This document shows positions 37,417 to 51,611 of a DNA stretch of 64,000 nucleotides, in pieces. Source of the stretch: Octopus vulgaris. Its lineage: Eukaryota. The stretch is taken from the NCBI GenBank assembly GCA_951406725.2, contig OX597823.1:79918001-79982000 (forward strand). Direction: 5' to 3'. Under the pieces are notes generated by a model that was not told the origin of the DNA, made no database searches, and saw nothing but the letters and a program-made list of their open reading frames with translations. The position numbers were made by a program, and so were the translations under genes. How positions within the stretch are numbered: position 1 is the first letter of the stretch; every line of letters begins with the position of its first letter.

Positions 37417-37419
<3 letters not shown>

Positions 37420-37574
37420 TGGCTGTGTGGTAAGTAGCTTGCTTACCAACCACATGTTCCCGGATTCAGTCCCACTGTGTGGCACCTTGGGTAAGTGTCT
37501 TCTACTATAACCTCGGGTCGACCAAAACCTTGTGAGTAGATTTGGTAGGCGGAAACTGAAAGAAGCCCGTCGTA

Positions 37575-37621
<47 letters not shown>

Positions 37622-37810
37622 TTGTGTGTATATGTTTGTGTTTCTGTGTTTGTCCCCCCGACGTCGCTTGACAACCGATGCTGGTGTGTTTACGTCCCCG
37701 TAAGCTAGCGGTTTGGCAAAAGAGACCGATAGAATAAGTGCTTTGCTCGACTAATGGCGGTTCTCCAGCATGGTCACAGTGAAATGACTGAAACAAGTAA
37801 AAGAGTAAAA
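37417..37810 (+). mobile_element. SINE family B, near full length
   Basis: Colinear with 35971-36424, with a small 3' deletion. Confidence 0.9.
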
Positions 37811-37936
37811 TAGTGTACATACATACATAAACATAAATATGTACGTTTATACATGCGCGCAGCGTCTGTGTACTTGTGGGAGCGTTAAATGTACATATTT
37901 CTGTCTCTCTCTATCCATATATTCTATATATACAAA

Positions 37937-38830
37937 TCTTTATATATATATAAAACTGAGAATGTGTGTCTGTCTGTCTGTCTGTCTGTATGTATGTATG
38001 TATGTATGTATGTTTCCCTAAAACTTGAGAACTACACAACCAATTTCATTCAAATTTTACACATGCCTTACTCCGGGGAGTGTCATCGGCAAAAAAAATT
38101 TAACTTTTTGCCTAGGGCGAGCCCACAGCAATATCATATCTTCTCCACTACGATTCCCTAAAACTTGAGAACTACATAACCAATTTCATTCAAATTTTAC
38201 ACATGCCTTACTTAGGGTTCATGTAGTTTCATGGGCAAAAAAAGTTCAACTTCTTGCTTAGAGCGAGCCCATAGCAATATGATATCTTCTCCACTATTTC
38301 AGTACTACGTGTTATAAGTGAAACAAAAATATTTCTCTATTTTATGTCAGATGCTTTAACTTTAACAATAAAAATAATAATAACAATTGAATTATATGTA
38401 GTAAGTAATAATTAAAATCAAACTAAAGTATAATATAATCGTAACATAACAAAAGTAAAAATAGCAATTGGTATAAAATTTCATCAATGATTTGAACTTG
38501 AATAAGTGGTTTCACATGAATGGGAATAAATTAAAAATAAAATTAGCGTGCAGAAATGGAATAGTCCAGATAGATAATAAAAAATTAAATTAAAGAAAAG
38601 ACTACTGTCTATAAAGTATACAATGTAGAGAAAAAAGAGGAGCTAACAATTCCAGTCTGTTATATATTTTGAGTATTGTTATCACTAGCGATATCAAGAT
38701 ATAACAATGTATTTTGCATTTTATGTGTAGATGTATATATATAGATGTACATGTAATATGTACACATATATATACACATATATACATGCACTAGCACTAT
38801 GACCCGGCAACGACGCGTCTTTAATGCTAG
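37937..38830 (+). mobile_element. Non-autonomous Helitron with an internal 140-bp tandem duplication
   Basis: 5' A|TCTTTATATAT..AAAACTGAGAATGTGTGTCTGTC; 3' GC-rich hairpin GACCCGGCAACGACGCGTC then CTAG|T; duplicated unit at 38014 and 38154. Confidence 0.75.
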
Positions 38831-38921
38831 TATATAATATATATATATTCACACATACGCAGACACACACATACACACACAAACGTATACAGACATATAC
38901 ATATATTGAAGAAGTCACACG

Positions 38922-38952
<31 letters not shown>

Positions 38953-39467
38953 ACACACATACACACACATAGACACACATGTATATGTATATATGGAAGA
39001 AGTCATGCAAGGTAAGTAGGTGTCTGCTTACGTAAACCATACGTGAAATATCTGCTCGTACGTTAGTGTTTGCACGAATCATAAATCGTACATATAAATT
39101 GCAATTGGGGATTAACGTGCATATTCTAAGTGAATTTTCATTAAAAATATTTTGACTCTTTCGGTCTTTTTTTTTTTGTATTTACTTTTGTCATTTATTT
39201 TATTTTTTTTGTTCTCTATTTGAGATTGTGTTTTGCGTGAAGTTTTGATATCGGGATATAATGTAAAAGTTTCTAGCTTTTAATGCCCAATGTTTGATAC
39301 ATTTGACGAAAATGTCAAGTAGATGATGATAGCGATAATTAGGAGATGAAGAAGGAGTGTAGGTGGGAATGAAGGAGAAAGATGATAATGTTGGGGGCGG
39401 TGAGGAGTGTTAGTTGCACTGATGATAATTGTTTTTGTGACAATGAGGACGACGGCAACAACAACGA

Positions 39468-39650
39468 GTGGAGGCGCAATGGCCTAGTGGTTAGGGTACC
39501 GGACTCGCAGTCGTAAGAACGCGGTTTCGATTCCCAGACCAGGCATTATGAGTTTTTATTGAGCAAAAAACACTGAGGCTCCGGCGGGGAGTAGTGGTGA
39601 ACCCCGCTGTACTCTTTCACCACAACTTCCTCTCACTCTTTCTTCCTACT
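39468..39650 (+). mobile_element. SINE family C, 3'-truncated
   Basis: GGAGGCGCAATGGCCTAGTGGTTAGGG..GTACTCTTTCACCACAACTT. Confidence 0.85.
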
Positions 39651-40129
39651 TCTTCCACAAAGCAGAGAAACCATGGTGTAACCCACTATGATGTGGTAAA
39701 CTTTCAGACCCTAATCTAGATTGCGAATCCTCTGTACCCAAGGTTCGTCGATTACTGGACTGGTATTATATTTTATCGGTCGCAGAAATCTAACGTTGAA
39801 CGCATAACGTAAACAGTTGCAAATGTACGGTGTTTTGTCATATGTTCTATCGAGTGTGCCGTGCAAACAAATAAGATAGTGAAGGGCGCGAAAAGAAAAG
39901 AAAATGGATACCAACATATTTACCTTTCCCTTTGCACTCGTTATTAATCAACATCGGCAACAATGGCAAAAAACGACACCGATAAATTTTAAAAGCGGCA
40001 ATTTACGACGCCAGCCATACCAACGAGAATAAACCATAACTTTCATCACAGGTACTGATCCAGCTAAATTTAACAGACAAGTCCCCTGTATATCATACCT
40101 CACTGTATAATAGATAACCAGAAGGATCT

Positions 40130-40374
40130 ACTATATAAAAACGTTTATGCTTCGGTATAGGTACACACGTGACTTTGTTTACATTTCTGAAGATAACAGA
40201 AACCCTTTTCTCCCACCCCTAACCCTAACCCTAACCATAACACAAACCCTAACAGAAACCCTAACCCTAACCCTTATATATAAAAAAAAAACACTTTCTT
40301 GAAATGTATGCGGTACTTCCGGTACTTACACTGGTACATATACCGAAGTTACGCCAATACAAAGACGGTATAGT
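40130..40374. mobile_element. Small MITE-like element with imperfect inverted arms and a central (CCCTAA)n tract
   Basis: CTTCGGTATAGGTAC..TACATTTC mirrored by GAAATGTA..GTACATATACCGAAG; CCCTAA units at 40217-40273. Confidence 0.6.
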
Positions 40375-40376
40375 CT

Positions 40377-40610
40377 AAGGCGGCGAGCTGGCAGAAACGT
40401 TAGCACGCCGGGCGAAATGCTTAGCGGTATTTCGTCTGCGTTACGTTGTGAGTTCAAATTCCGCCGAGGTCGACTTTGCCTTTCATCCTTTCGGGGTAGA
40501 TAAATTAAGTACCAGTTACGCACTGAGGTAGATGTAATCGACTTAATACCTATGTCTGTCCTTGTTTGTCCCCTCTGTGTTTAGCCCCTTGTGGGTAATA
40601 AAGAAATAGG
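40377..40610 (+). mobile_element. SINE family A, full length (long-tail variant)
   Basis: A-box-like GAGCTGGCAGAA, B-box GAGTTCAAATTCC, core GCCTTTCATCCTTTCGGGG..AAGTACCAG resembling the Meta/Sauria-type SINE central domain, tail TTTAGCCCCTTGTGGG..AAAGAAATAGG. Confidence 0.92.
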
Positions 40611-40978
40611 TTTAGTCACACTTAGAATAATTGTTATCGTAGGTCTTCTCAGTTATGACCGTGCAGAAACTAATCAACAGCAATACTGTGTCCAGAAAAG
40701 CATTCTTGCCGGCATTTTGCATTTTTTTCTCTTTCAACACTTTGTTATGCCAAAGTCACAAACACAAATCCGTTTGGATTTCTATTTACGTATCAAATTA
40801 TTCTCTTATTTATTTCACAATGTATTTCCTTTTCGATTTCTTGAAGTGTTCATTAATTCATTAGGGCATTAATTTACCGATTTATTTGCATACCTATTTC
40901 AATTAACATAAAGATTGCCAATCTTCGTTGTAAATGTACTCTTATCATTTTATGCTCGCATATTAAATTACTTGAGAT

Positions 40979-41355
40979 AAGGCAGCGAGCTGACAGGAAC
41001 GTTAGCAAGCTGGACGAGATGCCTAGCGGTATTTCGTCTGTCTTTACGTTCTGAGTTCAAATTCCGCCGAGGTCGACTTTGCCTGTCATCCTTTCGGGGT
41101 CGATAGATAACGTACCAAGTTACGCACTGGAGTCGATATAATCGACTTAATCCGTTTGCCTGTCCTTGTTTTTCCTCTCTGTCTTTAGCCCCTTGTGGGT
41201 AGTAAAGAAATAGGTATTTCGTCTGCTGCTACGTTCTGAGTTCAAATTCCGCCGAGGTCGACTTTGCCTTTCATCCTTTCGGGGTCGATTAAATAAGTAC
41301 CAGTTATGCACTGGAGTCGTTGTAATCGACTTAATCCCTTTGTCTGTCCTTGTTT
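40979..41355 (+). mobile_element. SINE family A head-to-tail dimer (185-bp period)
   Basis: GGTATTTCGTCTG occurs at 41028 and 41213. Confidence 0.9.
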
Positions 41356-41691
41356 ATCCTATGTTTATCTCTTCGTCAGATTTCATATTTATACTCGTAA
41401 ACCGCAAACTACTTTCATACGCAAAGACTATCATACAGATTTGCACATAAGATGGATTAGTACGTGGGTCAGGAGGAGTCGGATTAGCACAGACTGCGAT
41501 AATGTAATCCGACTGGAGGCGCCTGGACACGAGGGACGAATTGAGCCAATTACACCTACAGTCTAAATAATAACTAGAAATTTTCCCCGCCAGAAACGGT
41601 CGAAAAAAGAACCTTGATTAATCAACAATGACAAAGTGTTTTAACATCTTAATTTCATCGCTTTTGTATACGGTTTGTGTGGTTTAAATGC

Positions 41692-41751
<60 letters not shown>

Positions 41752-41767
41752 ATATATATATATATAT

Positions 41768-41835
<68 letters not shown>

Positions 41836-41852
41836 ATATATATATATATATA

Positions 41853-41934
<82 letters not shown>

Positions 41935-42082
41935 AGAGTAACCACCATGTGGTCTACTCTAGCACTAAAAATAGATCCGCTAGGTTTCAGCCACAAAGAA
42001 TTGTTTCCGATGAAAGTTAGCACGCTAGGTTAAATGGATGTACTATTAAATTAGTATCCAATTTTCTCACCCTTATTAGTTG

Positions 42083-42148
<66 letters not shown>

Positions 42149-42544
42149 CATATATAGTTGCATACATACATGTGTATCTATGAAAGTATGTATATATGAA
42201 TACATGTTTGTATGTACATATGTAAGTATATATATATATATGTGTGTGTGTGTGCATGTGCGTGTATGTATTACGTATATGTATGTATGTAATTGTATAT
42301 ATCATTTGAGTTTCAGTGTACACGTTTGTATGTTTGCATGCTTATCCATGTATATGTATATACAGGCGTATACATGTTCATTTTACATAAACTTATAACA
42401 GAAATATCGCTGTAGCTTTCTATACATTAACTCCTACACACTCTTACGCACACAAATAGTATTGCTACTCTCTGCGATGTACTCTTTACACACTACTTAA
42501 ATAGGATAAGTGAAATCAATTTATTAATGTCGATATAATTATAC

Positions 42545-42576
<32 letters not shown>

Positions 42577-43209
42577 GCAGTTAGCTCTGAGCTAATTATA
42601 GTTATGTTTACTGAACTGCATGCATTTAAATAGGGTTAATGTCGTTTCCGGGAAGATTACGAATGTGATAAAGCTTGCTCCGTACTTTATAGCATCATTT
42701 GAATGAACTATGAAATGAAGGGGAGAATAAGAGAATAAGTGAGTGAGGTGGGGGGAGGGCGGTTTTGGAGCAGAGAAAGTAAAGAAAGAGAGGACGAGGA
42801 GAAAGGGGTTTGTAAGTGTAAAAGTGTTAAGAGATTATGAGGGAAAGTCGAAAAACAAAAATGGCTGCTAGTTTAAGCAAACACACACATACACAACACA
42901 TATACACATCTATGCACAGGGGGCACGCTGACGTGCCCAAACGTTTCTGTTGTGGTAGCTATTTATTGTAATTAATGAAAAGCTAACCTCTTGTTACCAA
43001 ACTCAGTGGGAACAAAACTTATTCAAGATATTTTCATAACTCCTGTTTAATATTTTCAAATGGTTATTGTTTAAAAATTGCTACGTCTTGAAATGGTCGA
43101 AATATGCAACTTTCACTCTCTTACTTTCTTACTCTTCTTCTCTCTCTCTCTCCCTCTTTCTCTCTCTGTATGAGTTTATGTATGCCTACACATACACACA
43201 TATACATAC

Positions 43210-43267
<58 letters not shown>

Positions 43268-43289
43268 CCCATATTTCATACACGCACAC

Positions 43290-43475
43290 ACGCGCTTTTT
43301 TTTCCTCTGTCTTCCCTTCTCTGGATCTTTCCTTCTCCTATGTTTCCGACGAAGAGCTCCGCTCAAAACGTTACACCCTCCTTCTTTCCTTCTTTCCTGA
43401 GCGTCCAATAATACTATATTTGTTCCACGTCCTCGCGTTGTTGTGTTTTTTTGTGCTTTCATGTTTGGATTAACT
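43290..43475 (+). mobile_element. Short PLE-terminus-like repeat with a decayed minimal hammerhead (43341-43377)
   Basis: CCGACGA-a-GAGC-tcc-GCTC-aAAA-CG-TT. Related reverse copies lie at about 49790-49960 and 56320-56480. Confidence 0.6.
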
Positions 43476-43479
43476 ATAT

Positions 43480-43552
<73 letters not shown>

Positions 43553-43731
43553 TAAGTAGTTGAATGAATTATCCTAGTATGGATAATTCGGTTAACCGAT
43601 ACCCGGGTAGCAAATTTACGTCAGAAAGCACGGTTGAAGCTACATGCCAAGGGCAGAAATCACGTGCTTTCGTGTGGAAATTTGTGTGTTTTTTTTACTA
43701 TAGATAAATCGTCGTTCGACTCCATTCTTTC

Positions 43732-43814
<83 letters not shown>

Positions 43815-44442
43815 GAGATGTGTGTGTGTGTGTCCCTTAACTTTCAGAATAAGAGTGTATACTTGAAACATTAAAGACATTTCCTTCCTTTTCCTCATTT
43901 CATTTATTTTTTTATAACTCGCTTTTGTTTTGCATTCTTCGTCCCTTTGCAAAATATATATATCATGCAGAAGTTGACCCTAGTTTTTCACAGGTGACAG
44001 ATCAGCATCTGGTAATCGAAGAATTATTCTGCGTATAAATGTTGCCGTAATGAAATATACTTTTACCCTCGTTAAAATACATTTTGTTTTACCATTCACG
44101 CAAATGTTAGTCTATAAATTTCTCAAGTTCATGAGTGTAAAAGCAATGCAATTATTGCGGTATAATTAATGTGACAGAAAATATACTCAACATCCTTCCT
44201 TACATAATTTAAACCATATGTAATTACCAGCATAATGCAGAATAATCCATTTTTCTTCATTTTTTATTCATTTAAAGATCATTTGGTTGTCTGCTACTGA
44301 CGCGGTATTTTCAATTACACCTTCGGTTTTATCACCTTCTATGTAAAATCCTGGTTGTAGACGACTGCTAAAATTTAGCCTAATAGAAAATGTATGTAAA
44401 ATATTCTGTAGCGCATGCGGATGCAGATATACCATATGCATT

Positions 44443-44482
<40 letters not shown>

Positions 44483-44514
44483 CACACACATATATATAAT
44501 AATAATGAAAATAA

Positions 44515-44762
44515 ATGCGCCCTTTTAAAGCCTAACCAGGCTCATGGGCCCGGTTTCCCGGTTTCAATGGCGTATGTGTTACCCAGATGGACGGGACGCC
44601 AGTCTATCGCAGCGTTACTCATTTTTGCCAGCAGAGTGGACTGGAGCAACGTGAAATGAAGTGTTTTGCTCAAGAACACAACGCGTCGCCCGGTCCAGGA
44701 ATCGAAACCACAATCTTACGATCATGATGCTGAGACCCTAACCACTAAGCCACGCGCCACCG
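44515..44762 (-). mobile_element. SINE family D, full length
   Basis: tRNA-like head GCGTGGCTTAGTGGTTAGGG..GGTTTCGATTCC; body TTGTGTTCTTGAGCAAAACACTT; V-domain-like CTGCGATAGACTGGCGTCCCGTCC; same 3' tail as family C. Confidence 0.88.
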
Positions 44763-44778
44763 CACACACACACACAAA

Positions 44779-44839
<61 letters not shown>

Positions 44840-44842
<3 letters not shown>

Positions 44843-45122
44843 ATGATGACGTGACCAACAAGACTATTACATGTTGGTACTGTTACACATCGCTAGTCAC
44901 AATGCGTTTTGCATCGTTTTACCCTTCGAAAGATGCCACCCTGCTGGCAAAGCAAGTAGGCCAACGTCCCACCACCACTACACCCCCGATAGAAAGGAGA
45001 ACTAGAGTAACGTAAAATAAAATGTTTTCCTCAAGAACACAACGCGAATCGAACGTGGGAATCGAACCCACGATCTAGCAATAATCAGCGCAACACCGTA
45101 ACCACTAGGTCACTTGGCTTCA
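44840..45122 (-). mobile_element. Diverged SINE pieces: family D-like head (45010-45122) and the alternative tail seen at 16320-16431 (44840-44965)
   Basis: ACACATCGCTAGTCACAATGCG is the reverse complement of CGCATTGTGACCAGCGATGTGT (one mismatch). Confidence 0.65.
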
Positions 45123-45520
45123 CTTTCCACACTTATATACGTACATGATACCTACACACACACATATTTATACGTTGCTCTGTCTTCACAGATTGTTGTC
45201 GTCTCTCTGATCTTCCAGAAGAGGATTTCCGACATTCCGTCAATGACATCTCAGATGACTACTGAGTCTTGGTGCAGATCTTCATGGTTTGAAGAATAGG
45301 TGGCAGACGAAAGTTGTAACTTGCACTGGATTCTGACTTCTGCTGTGAGATATGACGACTGTGAACCTCCATGTATCGCTTCAGAAGCGAAATCGACTTA
45401 CAACAGCTTTCACACAATACACAAATGAAATCTAGAAGGAAGGACGTCGCATGCAGTTGATCTTTCATGGAATTTCAGCTGGTTGACATACTCAGCATTG
45501 CTTGTGAACATAGATAAAAC

Positions 45521-45680
45521 GTCTGATCAATAAGTATCCAGACTGTTGCCATAGTTATGAAGCTAAAATACGAAGAGTGAAGCCGCTAGGCAAAGATTGA
45601 CCTTAAACTCTGTTGTGCATGCGCACTAAGTTTTAACGTTCTAGCTCACTTCGGCAGTTTAGAGCAGTGCTTGGAAGGAA
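45521..45680 (+). mobile_element. Probable mariner 5' terminal fragment
   Basis: GTCTGATCAATAAGTATCCAGACTG resembles mariner TIR-proximal sequence; no partner TIR seen. Confidence 0.4.
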
Positions 45681-45716
45681 CGTATGTTGTATGTGATATA
45701 TATATATATATAGATA

Positions 45717-45784
<68 letters not shown>

Positions 45785-46165
45785 TGCATACATACATACA
45801 TAATACATACATATATGGTTACAGGACGTCACCAACGGTGCAAATAACATGAAATACGTGAACACCGAGAAAAAAAAGGAAAGCAGGACAATTTAACACA
45901 GGAAAAGGGCCCTTCATCAATTGTCAGTTGTCTATCTAGTCCTCATTTCGAGCATTCAACGACAATATGAGTCCTCAAAGACAGTTGCTCCCATAAATTC
46001 CAAATAAAATTTAGGATTTATGGAGGGTCAAAGTTAGGAACAAAAAAATAACGGTGGGGACATATAAGAAAACCGAACGAAAACATACATATACATACAT
46101 GGATATATACAACACCGTGTATGCAAATGTAGATAGATAGACAGACAGACAGACAGACGACAAAG

Positions 46166-46244
<79 letters not shown>

Positions 46245-46358
46245 CAGACAGTCAGACAGACAGTCAGACAGACTCACACGAGCGCATCCCCACCCACACA
46301 CATATGAAAGTTTTGTCGATCATATAGAGGGCAATACTATATACTGCGTTTTGTCAAA

Positions 46359-46593
46359 CCTATTTCTTTATTACCCACAAGGGGCTAAACATAGAGGAGA
46401 CAAACATGGACAGACATAGGTATTAAGTCGATTATATCGACCCCAGTGCTTAACTGGTACTTAATTTATCGACCCCGAAAGGATGAAAGGCAAAGTCGAC
46501 CTCGGCGGAATTTGAACTCACAACGTAACGGCAGCCGAAATACCGCTAAGCATTTCGCCCGACGTGCTAACGATTCTGCTAGCTCGCCGCCTT
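46359..46593 (-). mobile_element. SINE family A, full length
   Basis: Near-identical reverse complement of 40377-40610; CAAACC on both sides. Confidence 0.92.
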
Positions 46594-46619
46594 ACAAACC
46601 GCTTATTAAGGTGACATAA

Positions 46620-46784
<165 letters not shown>

Positions 46785-47164
46785 TAGTTAGGAAGTAGAC
46801 TAATGACGTACTTTGTCAAGCAAATAGGACGGTTTGGTAAGTATGTTGGTTTGCTAGGTAAGTGTACGTGTAGTTATTCGTAAGTTATACGGTAGACTGG
46901 AGTCTGTTTCGCATGAAATCGAAGTCACTATTAAAGGAGGAAGTATGGAAACGGAGCGAGGAAGGAGTTAAAAATATAACAAACATTACAATAAAATTGC
47001 CAAGAAGTAAAATCTATAACACCAATGAAATATAGAAGAATAAACAGTTTCGCATAAAAGAGAAAGGCAGCAACCATGTGACAGAAATGAGTGGGAAGAA
47101 CGTAAAAGTGGAAATTAAGAGGACTAGTAATACACACACATACACACACATGTATGTATGTATG

Positions 47165-47601
<437 letters not shown>

Positions 47602-48159
47602 ATATATACTGCTCTACATCTTAGAGTCTGCTTCTTCTCTACAAACGAAACAAGTAAAAGAGTAAAAGAGTAAAAGAGAATTGTCAGCTCATTACAGCTG
47701 TTTCTTACACATCCTTTTAATAGAAGAATGAGAACATTATTCCATTACAAAAAACCGTAATCGAACAGATGAAACGTAATTTTACAAACAAAAGGATATC
47801 CCAAGAATACAGCAGGGACCCGGCTGGAGTGTGTCGAGGTCAACTATGAAATGCGAGAATGACCAACAAAATTGGCCACTGAGGTTAAGAATATAGTTTT
47901 TGAAAGGGTGTAATATGATATTTAAGGTCAGCGACCCGGGTGAGATAGGAGTGTGCTAAACTGGTTCTTAGGTAGGCTGGGGTGTAGGTGATATTTTATT
48001 ATCGTAGGTCTAGAGCAGTGGGTAGCTGGCAGAGGACCTAAGATACATTAAGGATAAAGAAAGATTAAGAAAGCTATAGCAATGGTGAAGAAAATAAATG
48101 CATAATTAGGTATAGGGTTGGGGTTTAAGATTCACTAGCTAAGGCTAAATGACAAAGGA

Positions 48160-48422
48160 AGGAGGGCGAAGATACGCAGAATTTGGGGTATTCTGTGAAC
48201 TTTGGTTGAAATTTGGGGGAGGGTACGAAGGCAATCGAATAATGAGATCTAACTTTTAAGGAATTGTTGTGTTAAGTGCCAATGATTTATCTGGTAAGGT
48301 GGAAAGATGTAGGTATTGCTTTAGATATGAATATGTATACGGGTTATTGCCTTTGTAGGCTTCCCCAACTTTCAACCAATATCCACAGAATAGCACTCCA
48401 TTCTGTATATCTCCGCCCTCCT
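48160..48422. repeat. Degenerate inverted repeat (48160-48235 / 48346-48422)
   Basis: GGAGGGCGAAGATACGCAGAAT..TATTCTGTGAACTTTGGTTGAAA mirrored by TTTCAACCAATATCCACAGAATA..ATTCTGTATATCTCCGCCCTCC. Confidence 0.75.
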
Positions 48423-49006
48423 CATATATACACACATATGCACGTATATATACGCACAAACTTACACACTTTAAAGCAGAGTAATAGAAAGGATGTGCGT
48501 GTGTGTGTGCGTGTGTGAGTGTGTATGTATGCCTGTGTGTTTGTGTGTATGAGTGTGTTTGTGTTGTGTACGTGTGTGTGTTTGTGTTTGTGTGCGTGTG
48601 TGCGTATTTGTGTGTGTGGCGTGTGTTTGTGTGTGGATGTGTGTGTGTCTGAACTGTATATTGTTCTATGAGCAAAGAGAATAACAAGGTGTATTTACAT
48701 CTGATTATTTCCCACTATGTAGGCGTGGAAATCTGTCGTTTAACTACATAAACTTCTAAGAATTTTGTTTAATGCACGCACTTCTTGCAAAAAATACATA
48801 CCCACCTAACTACCTACCAACAAACAAACATACTGTACATCCAGTTACACATATATACATTGATACATTATTCCATTTATACATTTATACATTCATACAT
48901 ACATACATAAACACACACACACGCATGTATACATTCGTAGATGTGTTTTCCTTCATTTTTCAGCATATTTCTTTTCCTCCTTCATATTATTAATTATTAT
49001 TATTAT

Positions 49007-49074
<68 letters not shown>

Positions 49075-49119
49075 TTCTTCTTCTTTTTCTTCTTCTTCTT
49101 CTTATTATTATTATTATTA

Positions 49120-49160
<41 letters not shown>

Positions 49161-49458
49161 GCTCTACATTGATGTTAAATCAAACAGATACAGGAATGGC
49201 GTATTCTTTCGAGCGGAACATTCGGCTGACGCTGGTTCTGTTGTTGACGGCTAGCAAACATTTAACCGTGACACGACTAATAAACTGGAGATAAAACTCA
49301 TACAGAAGCTAAAAGTCTTTCGACGTCTCGACTCGTTTCGACTCGATCTTTTCGATCGATAGTATCACTCGAACGACGTCAACTTATTTATACACGGATC
49401 AATGACATTAACGCAAAAAAATAAATAGATAAATAAATAATAATGACGCCTACACTAA

Positions 49459-49500
<42 letters not shown>

Positions 49501-49894
49501 TTCATTTATATTCCCGTTACAGATGCACATGTTTGCCATTTATAGATTAACAATCAATTAAGAGGGTTTTATGTACTCGGTGAAGTTGACACAGAAAATA
49601 TGCCTGAGTCGGATGTGAGCTTATGTGAAAATTATTATATTGGAACAAGTACACTCGTACATAGAAGTCGAAGTGCAGCTGTGTGGTAAGACGCTTGCTT
49701 TCCATCCACATGGTTCTGGGTTCACTCCTACTACGTGGTACCTGGTGTAAGTGTCTTCTACTATAACGGGAAGCTTTATGAAAATAGACAAAAGACGAAG
49801 GCATGTTTACGGAAATAAACAAAAGACGAAGGCAGGTGGAGTACAAACAAACAATTGTATTAGTATGGCGCTCAGGAAATATAAATAAAACAAG

Positions 49895-49932
49895 TCTTTA
49901 ACGTTTCGAGCCTACGCTCTTCAACAGAAAGA
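49895..49932 (-). ncRNA. Minimal hammerhead-like motif with a core substitution
   Basis: TCTTT-CTGTTGA-a-GAGC-gtag-GCTC-GAAA-CG-TT/AAAGA. Stems I and II are perfect; A6->U in the core. Confidence 0.6.
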
Positions 49933-50282
49933 TACACAGAGAGAAAACACAGAAAGAAGGAGAATTTCCAATGGAACTGAACTCGGAGCCATGTGGTTGG
50001 TAAAGCAAACTTTTTTACTACACAGCCACGCCAGTACCTAGACATGTATACAGAGTCGGCCAACAAATAAAAAAACGAAACTGTATACACACTTCAGGAA
50101 AGGAAAAATTTGTATAAATATTTAACTTGTTCAATTACCCCTATAAATATGAATATGACTTTCGATTCTTTATCAAATGGTGATAACACTGAATAAATTG
50201 CAATAATATTGAATTAAAATATTTATACAGAATTTTCCTTTCTTCGAGTGTGTATACATAGTTTTCGGCGGACTATACATAC

Positions 50283-50371
<89 letters not shown>

Positions 50372-50576
50372 ATATATATAGTCCTGTCGACTGCTGGAGG
50401 GAAGTAGGGGTTCGCTCCCCCCTGCTAGCGATATAGTGTATATAAAGGGTGCAGAGCTTGCACCGAAAACCTGTTGACGGAAAATCTGCCTGGGGTTAAA
50501 CTAGTTGTAACATTCATCTGCCACTATGTTGTGGTTACTTGATTTACTGTTTACACAGACAGACAGACAGACAGAC

Positions 50577-50669
<93 letters not shown>

Positions 50670-50755
50670 CTCACGTAAGTGCATAAATACGAAGAAACCA
50701 TATTTTATCTATGTAAATATATGATGCTCCCTACTGATACGCTCCACTTCTACGC

Positions 50756-50791
<36 letters not shown>

Positions 50792-50792
<1 letters not shown>

Positions 50793-51186
50793 TAGCAGTA
50801 TCGCCCGGCATTGCTCGGGTTTGTAAGGGAAATAACTATATAAGCATTTTTAGAGAGTTGTAGCCAAAAAATAGCAAAAAAATGCATCAAAAATGGAAAC
50901 AAAATGATGGTAAATTTTTTTCAAAATCGTTGACTCATCGTAGACATTTTTAGAGAGTTACTTCCCTTATATAATAGCGAAAAAATGCATTAAAATGGAA
51001 AGAAATGATGGTAAATTATTTTTAAAATCGTAGACTCATCGTAGACGCGCGCTAATACCCAGAAGGGCTCGATAGGAATCGCGACTATGAGATACCCGGT
51101 TTTGGTTAAACTGCACCGCAAAATGTGGGAGTAGTTAGGAATCTAAATCGTAATAGACAGACACACAACTTCACTTTTATATATAA

Positions 51187-51189
<3 letters not shown>
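50792..51189 (-). mobile_element. Non-autonomous Helitron, copy 1
   Basis: Minus strand starts A|TCTTTATATATAAAAG and ends with hairpin CCCGAGCAATGCCGGG plus CTAG|T. Confidence 0.9.
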
Positions 51190-51222
<33 letters not shown>

Positions 51223-51450
51223 CGAGAGAGAGTGAGAGAGGGAGGAAGAGAAAGGGTGGGGACACGCAGTAAGTACCTGAATGAGCAGAAAGATACGAAT
51301 CTAAACGAATCTCTAAATATTTACAAATGAATGAACACATCGTAAACTGTGATCAATAATGCTGACTGGAAAATCTGGTGTGAAATAAGAGATATGCATG
51401 TCAAAACAGCAACTGGTAAGTGTCGTTTAAACCATTTACATATACACAAA

Positions 51451-51488
<38 letters not shown>

Positions 51489-51611
51489 TGTATATCCGCG
51501 CGCGCGAGTGCTACCTTCGCCTTTCCAATCCTTGGCGCGGTTGTCTGACGATCGTCAAAGTGAAATTTCTAATTGAAACGCGCATGCGTTTGAATTCAAA
51601 ATTGAAATATA

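Noticed and set aside
50380-50500. GGTGCA-gagct-TGCACC-GAAA hairpin resembling hammerhead stem II
   Set aside because: There is no CUGANGA box upstream, so it is too decayed to call.
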